Of a DNA stretch of 64,000 bases, positions 10,523 to 19,959 are shown piece by piece. Source of the DNA: Promethearchaeota archaeon Loki_b31 (GTDB lineage: Archaea > Asgardarchaeota > Lokiarchaeia > Sigyniarchaeales > SOKP01). The first letter of the stretch is position 1. Every line of letters begins with the position of its first letter. Under the pieces are notes generated by a model. That model had not been told where the DNA came from. It made no database searches and saw only the letters and a program-made list of their open reading frames with translations. The position numbers and the translations under genes were made by a program. The DNA lies in contig NJBI01000001.1 of assembly GCA_005222975.1 (NCBI GenBank), forward strand, positions 32,001 through 96,000. The letters run 5' to 3'.

Positions 10523-11960
10523 TTATCTAAGATTCATTTCAGCTAATTTTTCCTTATTTTTAGCTATTTTGTCAGGAGTTAAGTCATAATATTTCCAAAA
10601 TAAAAGTACTGTAATAAGAACCAAAATAGCTGGAACAATTGCAGTGTGAATTCTTATCCCAAATACTGCAAAAGGTGATTGTGTTGACGCTCCTTCTACA
10701 TACCCTGTCATTATATGACTTAATGCTATTGTTACTGAGATAAATGTTTGACCAAATTTAATAAAGAACGATTGAAAACCGTAATATATCGCTTGCTGGC
10801 TTTTACCTGTTCTCACGGCTATATCGTCAAGAACATCACCCATTGTTGGTGGATCAACGTACCAGTGGCCACCAATTCCAATTCCAAAGAAAAAAAGAGC
10901 AATTATCCAAGGAATTAGTCCCCAAATAAATATCATTGGCAAGAAAGTAAGAAATAATATTATACCTGCTACTATGCTCATTTTTCTATTATCATTTATT
11001 TTATGAGCAAAAAATGTCCATAATGGGGTCGAAACGAGTGCTCCTAAAAGCATACCTCCTAAAAGATATATAATAGCTTCATCTGACATTCCTAAAATGT
11101 ATGTGGAGATGTATAATGCTGATGTTTGAATCATTATTCCACCTACTTGGTATCCAAAAAAAAATATTACCTTCATCATAAATGTTCGATCTCTAAGTAC
11201 CCGTCCGGTCGACTTAAAGAATGGTTCTACTTCTTGTTCTTCTCCAGCTTCTTTTCTTTTTGCATACAGTTCTTTAACTTTTCGATTTTCCCTAACACCT
11301 GGAATTACGAGAAGAAAAAGAGCAAGTCCTACTACGATGCTGAATGTTGCTGCTTGGATATAAGTTTCAGCTACAAAAGTATCAATGAATAAGAGCGATG
11401 GAATAATGAACGCGAGAACAAGTCCAGTTATTCCTAAAATTGTTCCAAACCCTTGAACAGTTCTTCGCTCTTTTATATCAGTGAATTTGTCAGGATAAAG
11501 AGATATTATATTTACATCATATAGAGTAAAACATGTATCATAAATACATAAAGTTACGACATACCACGCAAAAATTTGAAATTGGTGAGCTTGAACTACT
11601 GAAGTTGAGCCATACCAATCAGTCGGCACTAAATATATAAATAAAAAAGATATTAACCATGGGACAACACCAATGATAATCCATGGAAAGCGTTTCAATC
11701 CTTTTTTTTCCCATGGCATATGAATCTTTTCCATCAACCAACCAATGGATCATTTATCGCGTTCCAAATACTATAAATCACAAAAGCCCACATCGCCATC
11801 AATGTCGGTAATCCTATGACATTCTCATAAAAGAAGAACACAGTGAAACCGAACGAAGCACTAATCCATTGTCCAATTAATTCACGGGAGCCATATGAAG
11901 CCATGACTATTTTAGAGTTTGCATTTTTTTTTTTTTTCTAACTTTTAATTCTTCCGTCAT
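10523..11960 (-). pseudogene. GPH/MelB-like MFS sugar:cation symporter with two frameshifts in the 5' region
   Basis: The main ORF 10523-11737 lacks an N-terminus. Upstream frames encode MTEELKVR.. (ATG 11960, AGGAG upstream) and MASYGSRELIGQW...WNAINDPLVG. Frames break at an A14 run (11924-11937) and a TTGG repeat (11735-11745). Confidence 0.8.
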
Positions 11961-12165
11961 ATCTTATTTCTCCTATTTTTCAATATTCCCTTCCATATAA
12001 TCTTTTTAAAAAAAAAAGTTTATTGAATATATCTTTAAAGTGTTTTAAATATTGTTTATTTAACCCCGAAATTTACTTTCTCGTATTTATTTATTTTTGA
12101 AATTTTAAAAACTTTTATTACAAATTTAATTATATTGTTAGTCAAAGAACTATTTAAAACTTAAT

Positions 12166-12852
12166 TTGGAGTTTACTTTGAAGATCGTTATTTTTGCACC
12201 TCATCCAGATGATGAAAGTTATGGCGCAGGAGGGTCAATACTAACATGGATTAATGAGGGTCATAATGTTCATATTATTTGGCTTACAGATGGTAGAGCT
12301 GGTTATAGAAAACCAAGAATCATTGGTGATCTTGAAGATTGTGAAGCTACTAGAATCTCTGAAGATGAATTGGTTAAAATAAGATTAGCTGAGGCAGATG
12401 CTGCTGGTGAGTTTTTAGGAGTTAAAAAGGAAAATAGACACTTTTTGAAATTTTTCGATCAAGAATTAAGGAAGCATATAGAAGAAGCAGTTGATGAAAT
12501 CAAAGATATTTTAGAAGATGCTGATAGATTTGTAATTCCCAGCGCTAATAATGATCATCCAGATCATCAGGCAACTTATGAAATTGCAGTTAAAGTAGCT
12601 GAAGAACTGAATCTAAAAAGCTTGGAATTTTACATTTACGCTTTATATAACCCTTTGAAAGCTCAAGATGAAAATCTAGTTAAAATTCGAATAGGGAATT
12701 TGAGATTTAAGGTATATGACGCTTTGAAGCTGCATAAATCTCAATTCTATACAAAGGATATGAAATGGCAAAGTTTAGCTATAAGAGACAGAAGAAGAGA
12801 ACGGTTTGGTTCTTTCAAATTAAAAGATAAAAATAATTTTTATAACTTTTAG
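12166..12852 (+). CDS. PIG-L/LmbE family N-acetylglucosaminyl deacetylase
   Basis: APHPDDE and DHPDH zinc-binding motifs. Confidence 0.9.
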   Translation: MEFTLKIVIFAPHPDDESYGAGGSILTWINEGHNVHIIWLTDGRAGYRKPRIIGDLEDCEATRISEDELVKIRLAEADAAGEFLGVKKENRHFLKFFDQELRKHIEEAVDEIKDILEDADRFVIPSANNDHPDHQATYEIAVKVAEELNLKSLEFYIYALYNPLKAQDENLVKIRIGNLRFKVYDALKLHKSQFYTKDMKWQSLAIRDRRRERFGSFKLKDKNNFYNF

Positions 12853-12870
12853 ATAACTAATAATGATTTA

Positions 12871-13623
12871 ATGATTGATGAAAAAAATTTTATTGAAGCC
12901 ACTAAAATCGTAAAGAATTCCGAGAAAATCGTTGTGTTTACGGGAGCAGGAGCTTCAACTGAATCTGGGATCGCAGATTTTAGAAGTGAGGGGGGTTTGT
13001 GGTCTCGCTACGATCCTTCGATTTATGCGAGCTACCACTATTTTCTGGAAGACCCGAGCAAGTTCTGGACTATGCATAACGAATTAGTTGACATCGTAGT
13101 TAATGCGAAGCCGAATCCAATTCATTATGCGGTCGTTGAGCTGGAAAAACTTGGGAAAATAATTGCTATAATCACTCAAAATGTAGACGCACTACATCAA
13201 CGCGCGGGAAGTGGAACTTATAATAGTATACCAATTTACGAATTACACGGTTCTTATGAAAAATTAGAGTGTATTAGGTGTAAAAAAGAATTTCTTTTTG
13301 AAGAAGTTGAGACTAAGAACGTAAAATATCCAGTTTGTGAATGTAGTGGGTACATAAAACCAAAAGTAGTGTTATTTGGAGAACCATTGCGCCCAAGCGT
13401 GTTAGAAAGAGCAATGAACGCTTGTAGGTCTTGTGATTGTTTTCTGATGATAGGAAGCTCTTTACTCATATCCCCAGCAAATTTTTTACCTTCCATCGCG
13501 AAAGAAAGTGGAGCAAAACTAATCTTCGTAAATCGAGATAGTACCGCAATGGACGATATTGCTGATATCTTTTTAAAAGGTAGTGGAGGAGAAATTTTGT
13601 CAGAATTAATCCAAAGACTATGA
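12871..13623 (+). CDS. cobB: NAD-dependent protein deacylase, Sir2 family
   Basis: GAGASTESGIADFR, TQNVDALH, ELHG, Cys pairs and GSSL motifs. Confidence 0.92.
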   Translation: MIDEKNFIEATKIVKNSEKIVVFTGAGASTESGIADFRSEGGLWSRYDPSIYASYHYFLEDPSKFWTMHNELVDIVVNAKPNPIHYAVVELEKLGKIIAIITQNVDALHQRAGSGTYNSIPIYELHGSYEKLECIRCKKEFLFEEVETKNVKYPVCECSGYIKPKVVLFGEPLRPSVLERAMNACRSCDCFLMIGSSLLISPANFLPSIAKESGAKLIFVNRDSTAMDDIADIFLKGSGGEILSELIQRL

Positions 13624-13923
13624 AAGAAATAAAATCGTGAACTTTTCACTGAAATTAAGGTTAATTTTTAATAAAGTTATTTTTGCCAAGAAAAAAGATA
13701 ATATTTAAATATTTTACAGTTAAATAGATGCATGGTATACTACTTCAAATAATTTGAATTTTTATTCAATTAATCTCGAAAATTAAGCAGCAATTTCACT
13801 TATTCAAAAATGTTTTAAGACACTAATTCAAGTTAGACCGACGAACTTCGCTAATATTTCTTGATTAATTCTATTTAGGGATTTACGATACAACTGAGTA
13901 TTTTATAAAGAGGATGTAATTTA

Positions 13924-14883
13924 ATGATTGAAATAATCGTAGCGTTTTTTATTCTCATAGGAGGAGTTGTTATTATAATCTTCTCTAGTAGTTTTGCTGT
14001 AAAAAATTCAGCTTTACTTGCAACAGCCTTAGGTATATCACCATTAATAATTGGAGTGACTTTAGTATCAATAGGAACAGATATTTCTGAAATTTTTAAT
14101 TCAATTATTTCCTGTTCTATGGGTCACGGAGATATTGATGTAGGAGATTCTGTTGGCTCAGATCTCACGCAACTCACTTTAGTTTTTGGACTTCTACCAC
14201 TAATTTGTGGTTCATTTCATGTTAATAGAAAGGACATAATAATATTAGGTTCTTGCGAAGTTCTGTCTTTATTATTGATCTTTACTATTGTTGAGAAAGG
14301 ATACATTACTCGTTTGAACGCGTTATTTATGGTTTTCAGCCTTGTAATTTATTTTTGGTTAATATATAACGCGAATAAAGAGAGTATCCTGCATAGAGTA
14401 GAATTGATTGAAACGAAGCAACTAACAAAAAGTAAAAAAATCCTCCTTTTGTTTGCTGCAATTGGTTTTGCCGGCGTCACGGCGGGCTCCTATATCATCG
14501 TAAATTCTGTTATTTATATATCGCAAGCTCTAAGTATTCACGAATATATCATCAGTTTCTTCATCCTCTCAATAGGAACGTCGCTACCAGAACTCGTCGT
14601 TGATATAAACGCCCTTCGTCATGGTCATCATTCCATAGCAATTGGAGATATAGTTGGTTCTTGTATCGTTGATTCTACTTTATCTATAGGCATTGGCCAA
14701 GTTTTCTTCCCTCAAGCGGTTACAGCAGAATTAGCGGTACCTACGGTTTTATATACGCTCGTTGTTAGTATAATTGTAATTGTTGTAATAGCAGCCAGAC
14801 AAAAAATGGACAAAAAAGCTGGAGTATTTTTTATATTCCTTTATACAATGGCTTTCGTATTTCTATTTGGATTAGGAATGTAA
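13924..14883 (+). CDS. Sodium/calcium exchanger (CaCA) family antiporter
   Basis: Two alpha repeats (GTDISE / GTSLPE, GDSVGS / GDIVGS) and about 10 TM segments. Confidence 0.88.
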   Translation: MIEIIVAFFILIGGVVIIIFSSSFAVKNSALLATALGISPLIIGVTLVSIGTDISEIFNSIISCSMGHGDIDVGDSVGSDLTQLTLVFGLLPLICGSFHVNRKDIIILGSCEVLSLLLIFTIVEKGYITRLNALFMVFSLVIYFWLIYNANKESILHRVELIETKQLTKSKKILLLFAAIGFAGVTAGSYIIVNSVIYISQALSIHEYIISFFILSIGTSLPELVVDINALRHGHHSIAIGDIVGSCIVDSTLSIGIGQVFFPQAVTAELAVPTVLYTLVVSIIVIVVIAARQKMDKKAGVFFIFLYTMAFVFLFGLGM

Positions 14884-14909
14884 ACCTTGACTTCTTTAAG
14901 TGAACAGGA

Positions 14910-15299
14910 TTATTCAGGTAAATAAAACTTACATATAGTACACTGTTTTGCTTTTAATCGCCTATCAGGTCCGAGAATAATATATTTGCTTTTCATAGCC
15001 CCGCCGCATTTTGGACAATTTTTTACAAAGTTCTCTTTTATTGAATCTAAAACCTTCTGGATGCTTTTCTCTAGCTGAAGTAATTCATTTGCGTTTTCTA
15101 TTATTTTTTTCGCCGAGATAATGCCAATTCCCTTAATCCATGCTAGCTCTTCGGTTGTAGAGTTTGCGATCTCTTCAATTGTTTTCACACCTGCTTTATT
15201 GAGGTTTACAGCAGCTATTGGTCCAACACCTCTAACCCGTTCGAGCTCACTAGACATAAAAAACACTTTTATATGGATTATTCCACTTGAGAATGACAA
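14910..15299 (-). CDS. Helix-hairpin-helix protein with C-terminal Zn ribbon (probable start at 15257, MSSELERV)
   Basis: VRGVGP and IKGIG HhH motifs; CPKC...CTIC. Confidence 0.75.
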   Translation of the reverse strand: MSFSSGIIHIKVFFMSSELERVRGVGPIAAVNLNKAGVKTIEEIANSTTEELAWIKGIGIISAKKIIENANELLQLEKSIQKVLDSIKENFVKNCPKCGGAMKSKYIILGPDRRLKAKQCTICKFYLPE

Positions 15300-15431
15300 A
15301 TATTACTACTTGAATGAATTAAAAAGAAACTTAACCTACACTAATTTTGAATTTATCTATAATAATAAATAATTGCAATACTAAAAGATAAAATTTGAGA
15401 TGATAAAAAAAAGAAAATATTTTAGTAAAAA

Positions 15432-16154
15432 TTATTTTTCTATTTGACGTCCTACGCCGTAATACATCAAACTAGCTCCTAAAAGAGCTAACATCAAGCC
15501 TACTACTCCTATTATAGTTCTAAAAGTAGGGATATTTAAAGTATTAGAAATAAAAATTCCATACATAAAGATCGCAAGTGCGCAAAATCCGAATATAAAG
15601 AATTTCCACTTTTTTTTTAATATCTCATCTTCAAATTTCTTATAAATCTGAAATGATAGATAAAGTGCTGGTAATATTCCAATAGTTTCGATTACTACAA
15701 CATATAAGAAGAATGGGACGCTCCAAACGGGGCTCCAGCCAGTTCCTGCATTGAGTGTCACACCAAAACCTGGAGTGAATAGAAACAAGATCATACAAAA
15801 CATTGCAATTCCGTAAATAATAAGAATAATTAATTGTTTGCTCGTTGAAATTACTTTTTCAGATTTTAGAAGAATTAATTCAAAAACTACAATAAATATT
15901 GGAGAATAGAAGATAAAAAAGTTAGTGAGAAAGTTTAGCATTAGCACAACAGATTCGTCGGTAAGAGGAGCATAAATAAAATTTATAATAAATCCAATAG
16001 CTGGAGATAAATAAAATCCTGAAAAGATTACATTTAGTCGTTTCCTATCTCTTTTGAGAATTTTGAACGCCAAAAAAAGGAAAAAAGCACACATAAATCC
16101 TTGGGCTCCATATATCGTTATAATACGAGTCAAAGACATATCATAAAGAGTCAT
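15432..16154 (-). CDS. Stand-alone 7TM membrane protein (HisKA_7TM-like sensor domain), copy 1
   Basis: Seven hydrophobic helices and no cytoplasmic output domain. Clear paralogue of 16335-17045 (ILKR, SGFYLS, W-x-P-x-WS, LKKKWK, YYGV). Confidence 0.7.
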   Translation of the reverse strand: MTLYDMSLTRIITIYGAQGFMCAFFLFLAFKILKRDRKRLNVIFSGFYLSPAIGFIINFIYAPLTDESVVLMLNFLTNFFIFYSPIFIVVFELILLKSEKVISTSKQLIILIIYGIAMFCMILFLFTPGFGVTLNAGTGWSPVWSVPFFLYVVVIETIGILPALYLSFQIYKKFEDEILKKKWKFFIFGFCALAIFMYGIFISNTLNIPTFRTIIGVVGLMLALLGASLMYYGVGRQIEK

Positions 16155-16334
16155 TTTTAAATCACATTTGAATTTTTTTTATTGTTTGAAATTTATTATT
16201 TTTTTAATTTTGATAACATATAATTGTATTTTTCCTATTTAATTGTAATTCAATCTGATATGTATCGAGATGTAAAACATTTTATTTGTAATTATTTTTG
16301 AATGGAAAAAAAAATAGAATTAATATCAAAATTA

Positions 16335-17045
16335 TTATAATTGCTTCGCAACGCCATAATAAACAAAGTACAGAGAAATAAGCGAGGGTAACGATGCAAG
16401 AGACCATATTAACCTAAAAGTTGGGTCGGCTAATGTATTGGAGATTGTAGTACCATAAAATAAAAAGAAATATGCGAAAATACCAACTAAAAAATACTTC
16501 CATTTCTTTTTTAATTCCTTGTACTCGAACTTAAAATATAGTTTTAAAGAAAAGTAAGTTGTAGGAACAATAGCTATCGAGCTACAAATAATAAAACTAA
16601 AGGTTAAGAAAAGCCAACTCCACTCGGGTTTCCAATCCGTACTTGCATTAATAATAATACCGTCTGGTATAAACCATAGGCTAAATAAAAGAACGCCAAA
16701 TGTAATTATCAATACTAATTGAATTTTGGGAGTTATAACCTTGTCCGATTTGTCAACTATTAATACAAAAATGAGTAAGAAGATTAAAGAAAGGCACAGC
16801 AGATAGTAAGTTAAAAAATGTAGTATATGAACAACGGACTCTACTAAAATGAACGCGTAAATCACATTTATAATAACTCCAAAAGCCACGGATAAATAAA
16901 ATCCACTTAATATAAGGTTAGGTCCCTTCAACTCTCTCTTTAAAATTCTATACGCTATAAACAGAAAAAATAAACCAGTTAACCCTTGTACGAGAAAAAT
17001 TTGAATGAGTCTTGCTATATCCATATATTGCGCTAAAAATATCAA
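16335..17045 (-). CDS. Stand-alone 7TM membrane protein, copy 2
   Basis: Seven hydrophobic helices; same motifs as 15432-16154. Confidence 0.7.
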   Translation of the reverse strand: MIFLAQYMDIARLIQIFLVQGLTGLFFLFIAYRILKRELKGPNLILSGFYLSVAFGVIINVIYAFILVESVVHILHFLTYYLLCLSLIFLLIFVLIVDKSDKVITPKIQLVLIITFGVLLFSLWFIPDGIIINASTDWKPEWSWLFLTFSFIICSSIAIVPTTYFSLKLYFKFEYKELKKKWKYFLVGIFAYFFLFYGTTISNTLADPTFRLIWSLASLPSLISLYFVYYGVAKQL

Positions 17046-17197
17046 ATACTATCCCATTTCCTTTAATTATATAATAGACAAGATTAATTTTTTTGTCTGA
17101 TATTATATATTAGATTTTTTGCTATATAACTATTTATTTTTAAAAGAAAAGGTGTTCAAAAAGGAATAATAAAAAGTTTAACAGAATTAGGTTATTT

Positions 17198-17386
17198 TTA
17201 TTTCTCTCGCCATTCCTGACCACATCTACCGCAACGATATTTCTTACCGTATACTCTGGGATAATCGTTTATAATATTTGTTCTGTCAGTTGACTCGTGA
17301 ATCAAATTTTTATGTTCTTCATTACAAGATGGACATTTTCGTCTGCCTTCAGTTTTTTCAATTGTCAGTAAGTTATCTTCTCCCAT
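17198..17386 (-). CDS. Small Zn-ribbon protein
   Basis: CPSC...CGRC in 62 aa. Confidence 0.7.
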   Translation of the reverse strand: MGEDNLLTIEKTEGRRKCPSCNEEHKNLIHESTDRTNIINDYPRVYGKKYRCGRCGQEWREK

Positions 17387-17571
17387 AAAATTTCAACTCT
17401 AAAAAATAAATATTTTTATTTTGGTGTTAAGTTTGTTAATAAATTTAAGAATAATAAGTTAACTTGTTTTTTATATCTAAAATGTATCCTTAGAATATTT
17501 GCTTAGTTTAGTAGTTGATTTATAGGATAATAATATTAGATACTTATCTCATATATATATAGAATTTCACT

Positions 17572-18156
17572 CTACTTAGAAAGAATTCTTCCGTAAGCCT
17601 TTGCTCGCTCAAATAACTCTGGGTTTAAAAATTCTAATTTGAAATGGATATCGTTTAAAATTTTATCGAATACCTCTTTAACATCTCTTTGTAGATTTTG
17701 AATTTTAAAACAATATAAAAGTTCGAGTTCTCTTGTTTTTTGGATTAAACTAAATTCATTTATTCTCCTTTCATTTAGAGGTTTATTTTTTAAGATTAAA
17801 AAAGAGTCAATTCCTGCTAAAACAGATATGCCATTGAACATAAAGCGTTGAGAAAATTTGGTATAATTTTCAATATTAATGTTAATAATCGATTTATCAT
17901 TGTAAATATTTGCTGCGATTATGATTGCGTCAAATCTCTTAAAGGGAATCCTTTTATTAATTAAATCCTCAAAACTCTCTGCAAGAATGGCTTTTAAATT
18001 TATAGGAATACCTTCAAATAGAAGGAAAAACTTCCAAATTAAGTCTTGCGAAGCAAATTTTAAAGCAATTTGCTTTAAATAATCTAAAAAAATCCTTTTT
18101 TTAGAATCTTCCGTGCCAACAAGACCCAAATTGATGGTATAACTAAATTCTTTCAA
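17572..18156 (-). CDS. Degenerate small GTPase-fold protein (pseudo-GTPase)
   Basis: Rab-like layout (NLGLVG, DAIII, ISVLAG, VKEVFDKI), but G1 reads GTEDSKK and there is no DxxG or NKxD. Confidence 0.55.
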   Translation of the reverse strand: MKEFSYTINLGLVGTEDSKKRIFLDYLKQIALKFASQDLIWKFFLLFEGIPINLKAILAESFEDLINKRIPFKRFDAIIIAANIYNDKSIININIENYTKFSQRFMFNGISVLAGIDSFLILKNKPLNERRINEFSLIQKTRELELLYCFKIQNLQRDVKEVFDKILNDIHFKLEFLNPELFERAKAYGRILSK

Positions 18157-18252
18157 AACTTTGCTTGTTAAAAAAAAATAATTAAGGTTCTTAATTTAAT
18201 AATATAATAAAATAATGCAAATATAAAATATTGATTAAATAATCTTTTCAAA

Positions 18253-19185
18253 ATGTTAATAATTTACGCGTTATTAATCGTAATGATTATTATCTGGAGT
18301 TTCTCATTTGTTCTAGTGGATATTGCACTGGAATTTGTTCCACCTATGTCTATTGCGTTAACTAGGTTTCTAATAGTATCAATGGTATTTATTATTGTTG
18401 ATCTATATTTTTTTATTAATCGAAAAAGACAGGTTGATAAATACAACAAGAACAAGAAAAAAGAAAATCTTCGATACACAAGAAAAGAATGGATATATTT
18501 AATTATCGCAAGCTTTTGTGGTATTTTACTTTTCTTTGGTGCTCAATATTCTGCAATAGAATTAATTGGACCCTCTTTACCCGCATTTTTCGTGTGCCTT
18601 TTATCCCCAGTAGTAATAACAATTTTAGCTTTAATCTTTTTTAAAGAAAAGTTGACTAAGGTTAAAATCCTGGGTTTTGCTATTGCAACCGTAGGCGGTT
18701 TTTTATTAGTTACGGGAGGAGATTTACGAACGCTTACTCCAACAACGCCTAACTTCTTAGGTTATATATTCGCTCTTATGACGCCAATAACATGGGCGAT
18801 TTATTCAATAATAACAAAAAGAATTATAAGAAATAAACCAAATTTCAAAACCTTAAAATACATTGCTTATTTTGGGACTATAGAGTTGTTCATTATCGTA
18901 ATATTAAATAAGGAATTGCTCATTTTTATCCAGAATTTTTTTAATATTTATGTTTTTCTAACAGGAATATATTTAGGTATTGGCTGTTATATTATCGGGT
19001 ATTTTATCTGGCAGAAATCACAAAAGGAGCTTAAATCTTCAAAAGGGGCTTCATTTCTCTATATTGAGCCGTTTCTAACGCTCATCTTTTCAATTATCTT
19101 AAACCGATCTGAGACAATACTGATATGGAACATTATCGGAGGTATCATTGTTCTAGTAGCTGTATTAGTAATAAATTATAAGTAA
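18253..19185 (+). CDS. DMT/EamA family transporter
   Basis: IWSFSF, RFL, LSPV, KEKL and YIEP motifs; 10 TM segments in two repeats. Confidence 0.88.
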   Translation: MLIIYALLIVMIIIWSFSFVLVDIALEFVPPMSIALTRFLIVSMVFIIVDLYFFINRKRQVDKYNKNKKKENLRYTRKEWIYLIIASFCGILLFFGAQYSAIELIGPSLPAFFVCLLSPVVITILALIFFKEKLTKVKILGFAIATVGGFLLVTGGDLRTLTPTTPNFLGYIFALMTPITWAIYSIITKRIIRNKPNFKTLKYIAYFGTIELFIIVILNKELLIFIQNFFNIYVFLTGIYLGIGCYIIGYFIWQKSQKELKSSKGASFLYIEPFLTLIFSIILNRSETILIWNIIGGIIVLVAVLVINYK

Positions 19186-19203
19186 AAAAGATTATGAACT
19201 GAG

Positions 19204-19899
19204 ATGACCAAAAGAATACTTTTTATTGGTGATAGCATCACTGAAGGAAAAATAGGAATCGGGTATATTGATATAATTCAACATTATTTCCCTCAATTTC
19301 AGTGTAAAAATTATGGACGCGGTGGTGATACCTTATCTGGAGTCTTTACGAGACTTTTAAAAATTTTAAAAACACAGACAGAAACATATGACATTATAGT
19401 AATTGAAGCTGGTCTCAACGATCTTTTCTTACCTTTTGTTAAAATGAAGTGGAAATTCACAAGTATTAGAAAAGTAACTCCATTAAACAAGATAAAAGAC
19501 TTTTATGATAATGGATTAAAAACGATAAGTTTACATAGCAAAGCAAAGATAATATTAACTACTTTAAGTTGCTTGGGAGAAAACATAAGTTCTCCATTAA
19601 ACCAAAAAAGAAGATTAGTAAATAATCAGATTAAGGAAATTGGTTCTAAACATGGTGCATATATAGCAGATGTAAGTTCATTCTTTGATAAGATCTTAAG
19701 TAAAAGCATTTCGAGTTATAATCTCATAGATCATCCTTTAAACTTAGTTTTCGATTATTTTAGATCAAAAAGAATGAACTGGGTAGAAAAAATAAGCAGG
19801 AAAAGACGGCTAGTGTTGACTATAGATGGTGGACACCTCAATAGCAAAGGCGCATTAATTTATGCTATTGTAATATCACGAATTTTAGATTTGCTTTAA
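19204..19899 (+). CDS. SGNH/GDSL hydrolase
   Basis: FIGDSIT, GRGG, GLND and DGGHLN blocks. Confidence 0.88.
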   Translation: MTKRILFIGDSITEGKIGIGYIDIIQHYFPQFQCKNYGRGGDTLSGVFTRLLKILKTQTETYDIIVIEAGLNDLFLPFVKMKWKFTSIRKVTPLNKIKDFYDNGLKTISLHSKAKIILTTLSCLGENISSPLNQKRRLVNNQIKEIGSKHGAYIADVSSFFDKILSKSISSYNLIDHPLNLVFDYFRSKRMNWVEKISRKRRLVLTIDGGHLNSKGALIYAIVISRILDLL

Positions 19900-19959
19900 C
19901 CTTGAAAAAAATGAAGATTTTGATTAAAGGAAAATAGTTTGAGGATAAGAATAGAGAGA

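Noticed and set aside
13624-13923. Possible ion-sensing riboswitch upstream of the Na/Ca antiporter
   Set aside because: Only weak hairpins are visible, and I could not match the yybP-ykoY, fluoride or Na+ riboswitch consensus by eye. An Rfam scan would settle it.
15432-17045. Microbial rhodopsins (helio-/schizorhodopsin)
   Set aside because: Helix 7 has no Schiff-base Lys and no RYxxW-type motif is present.
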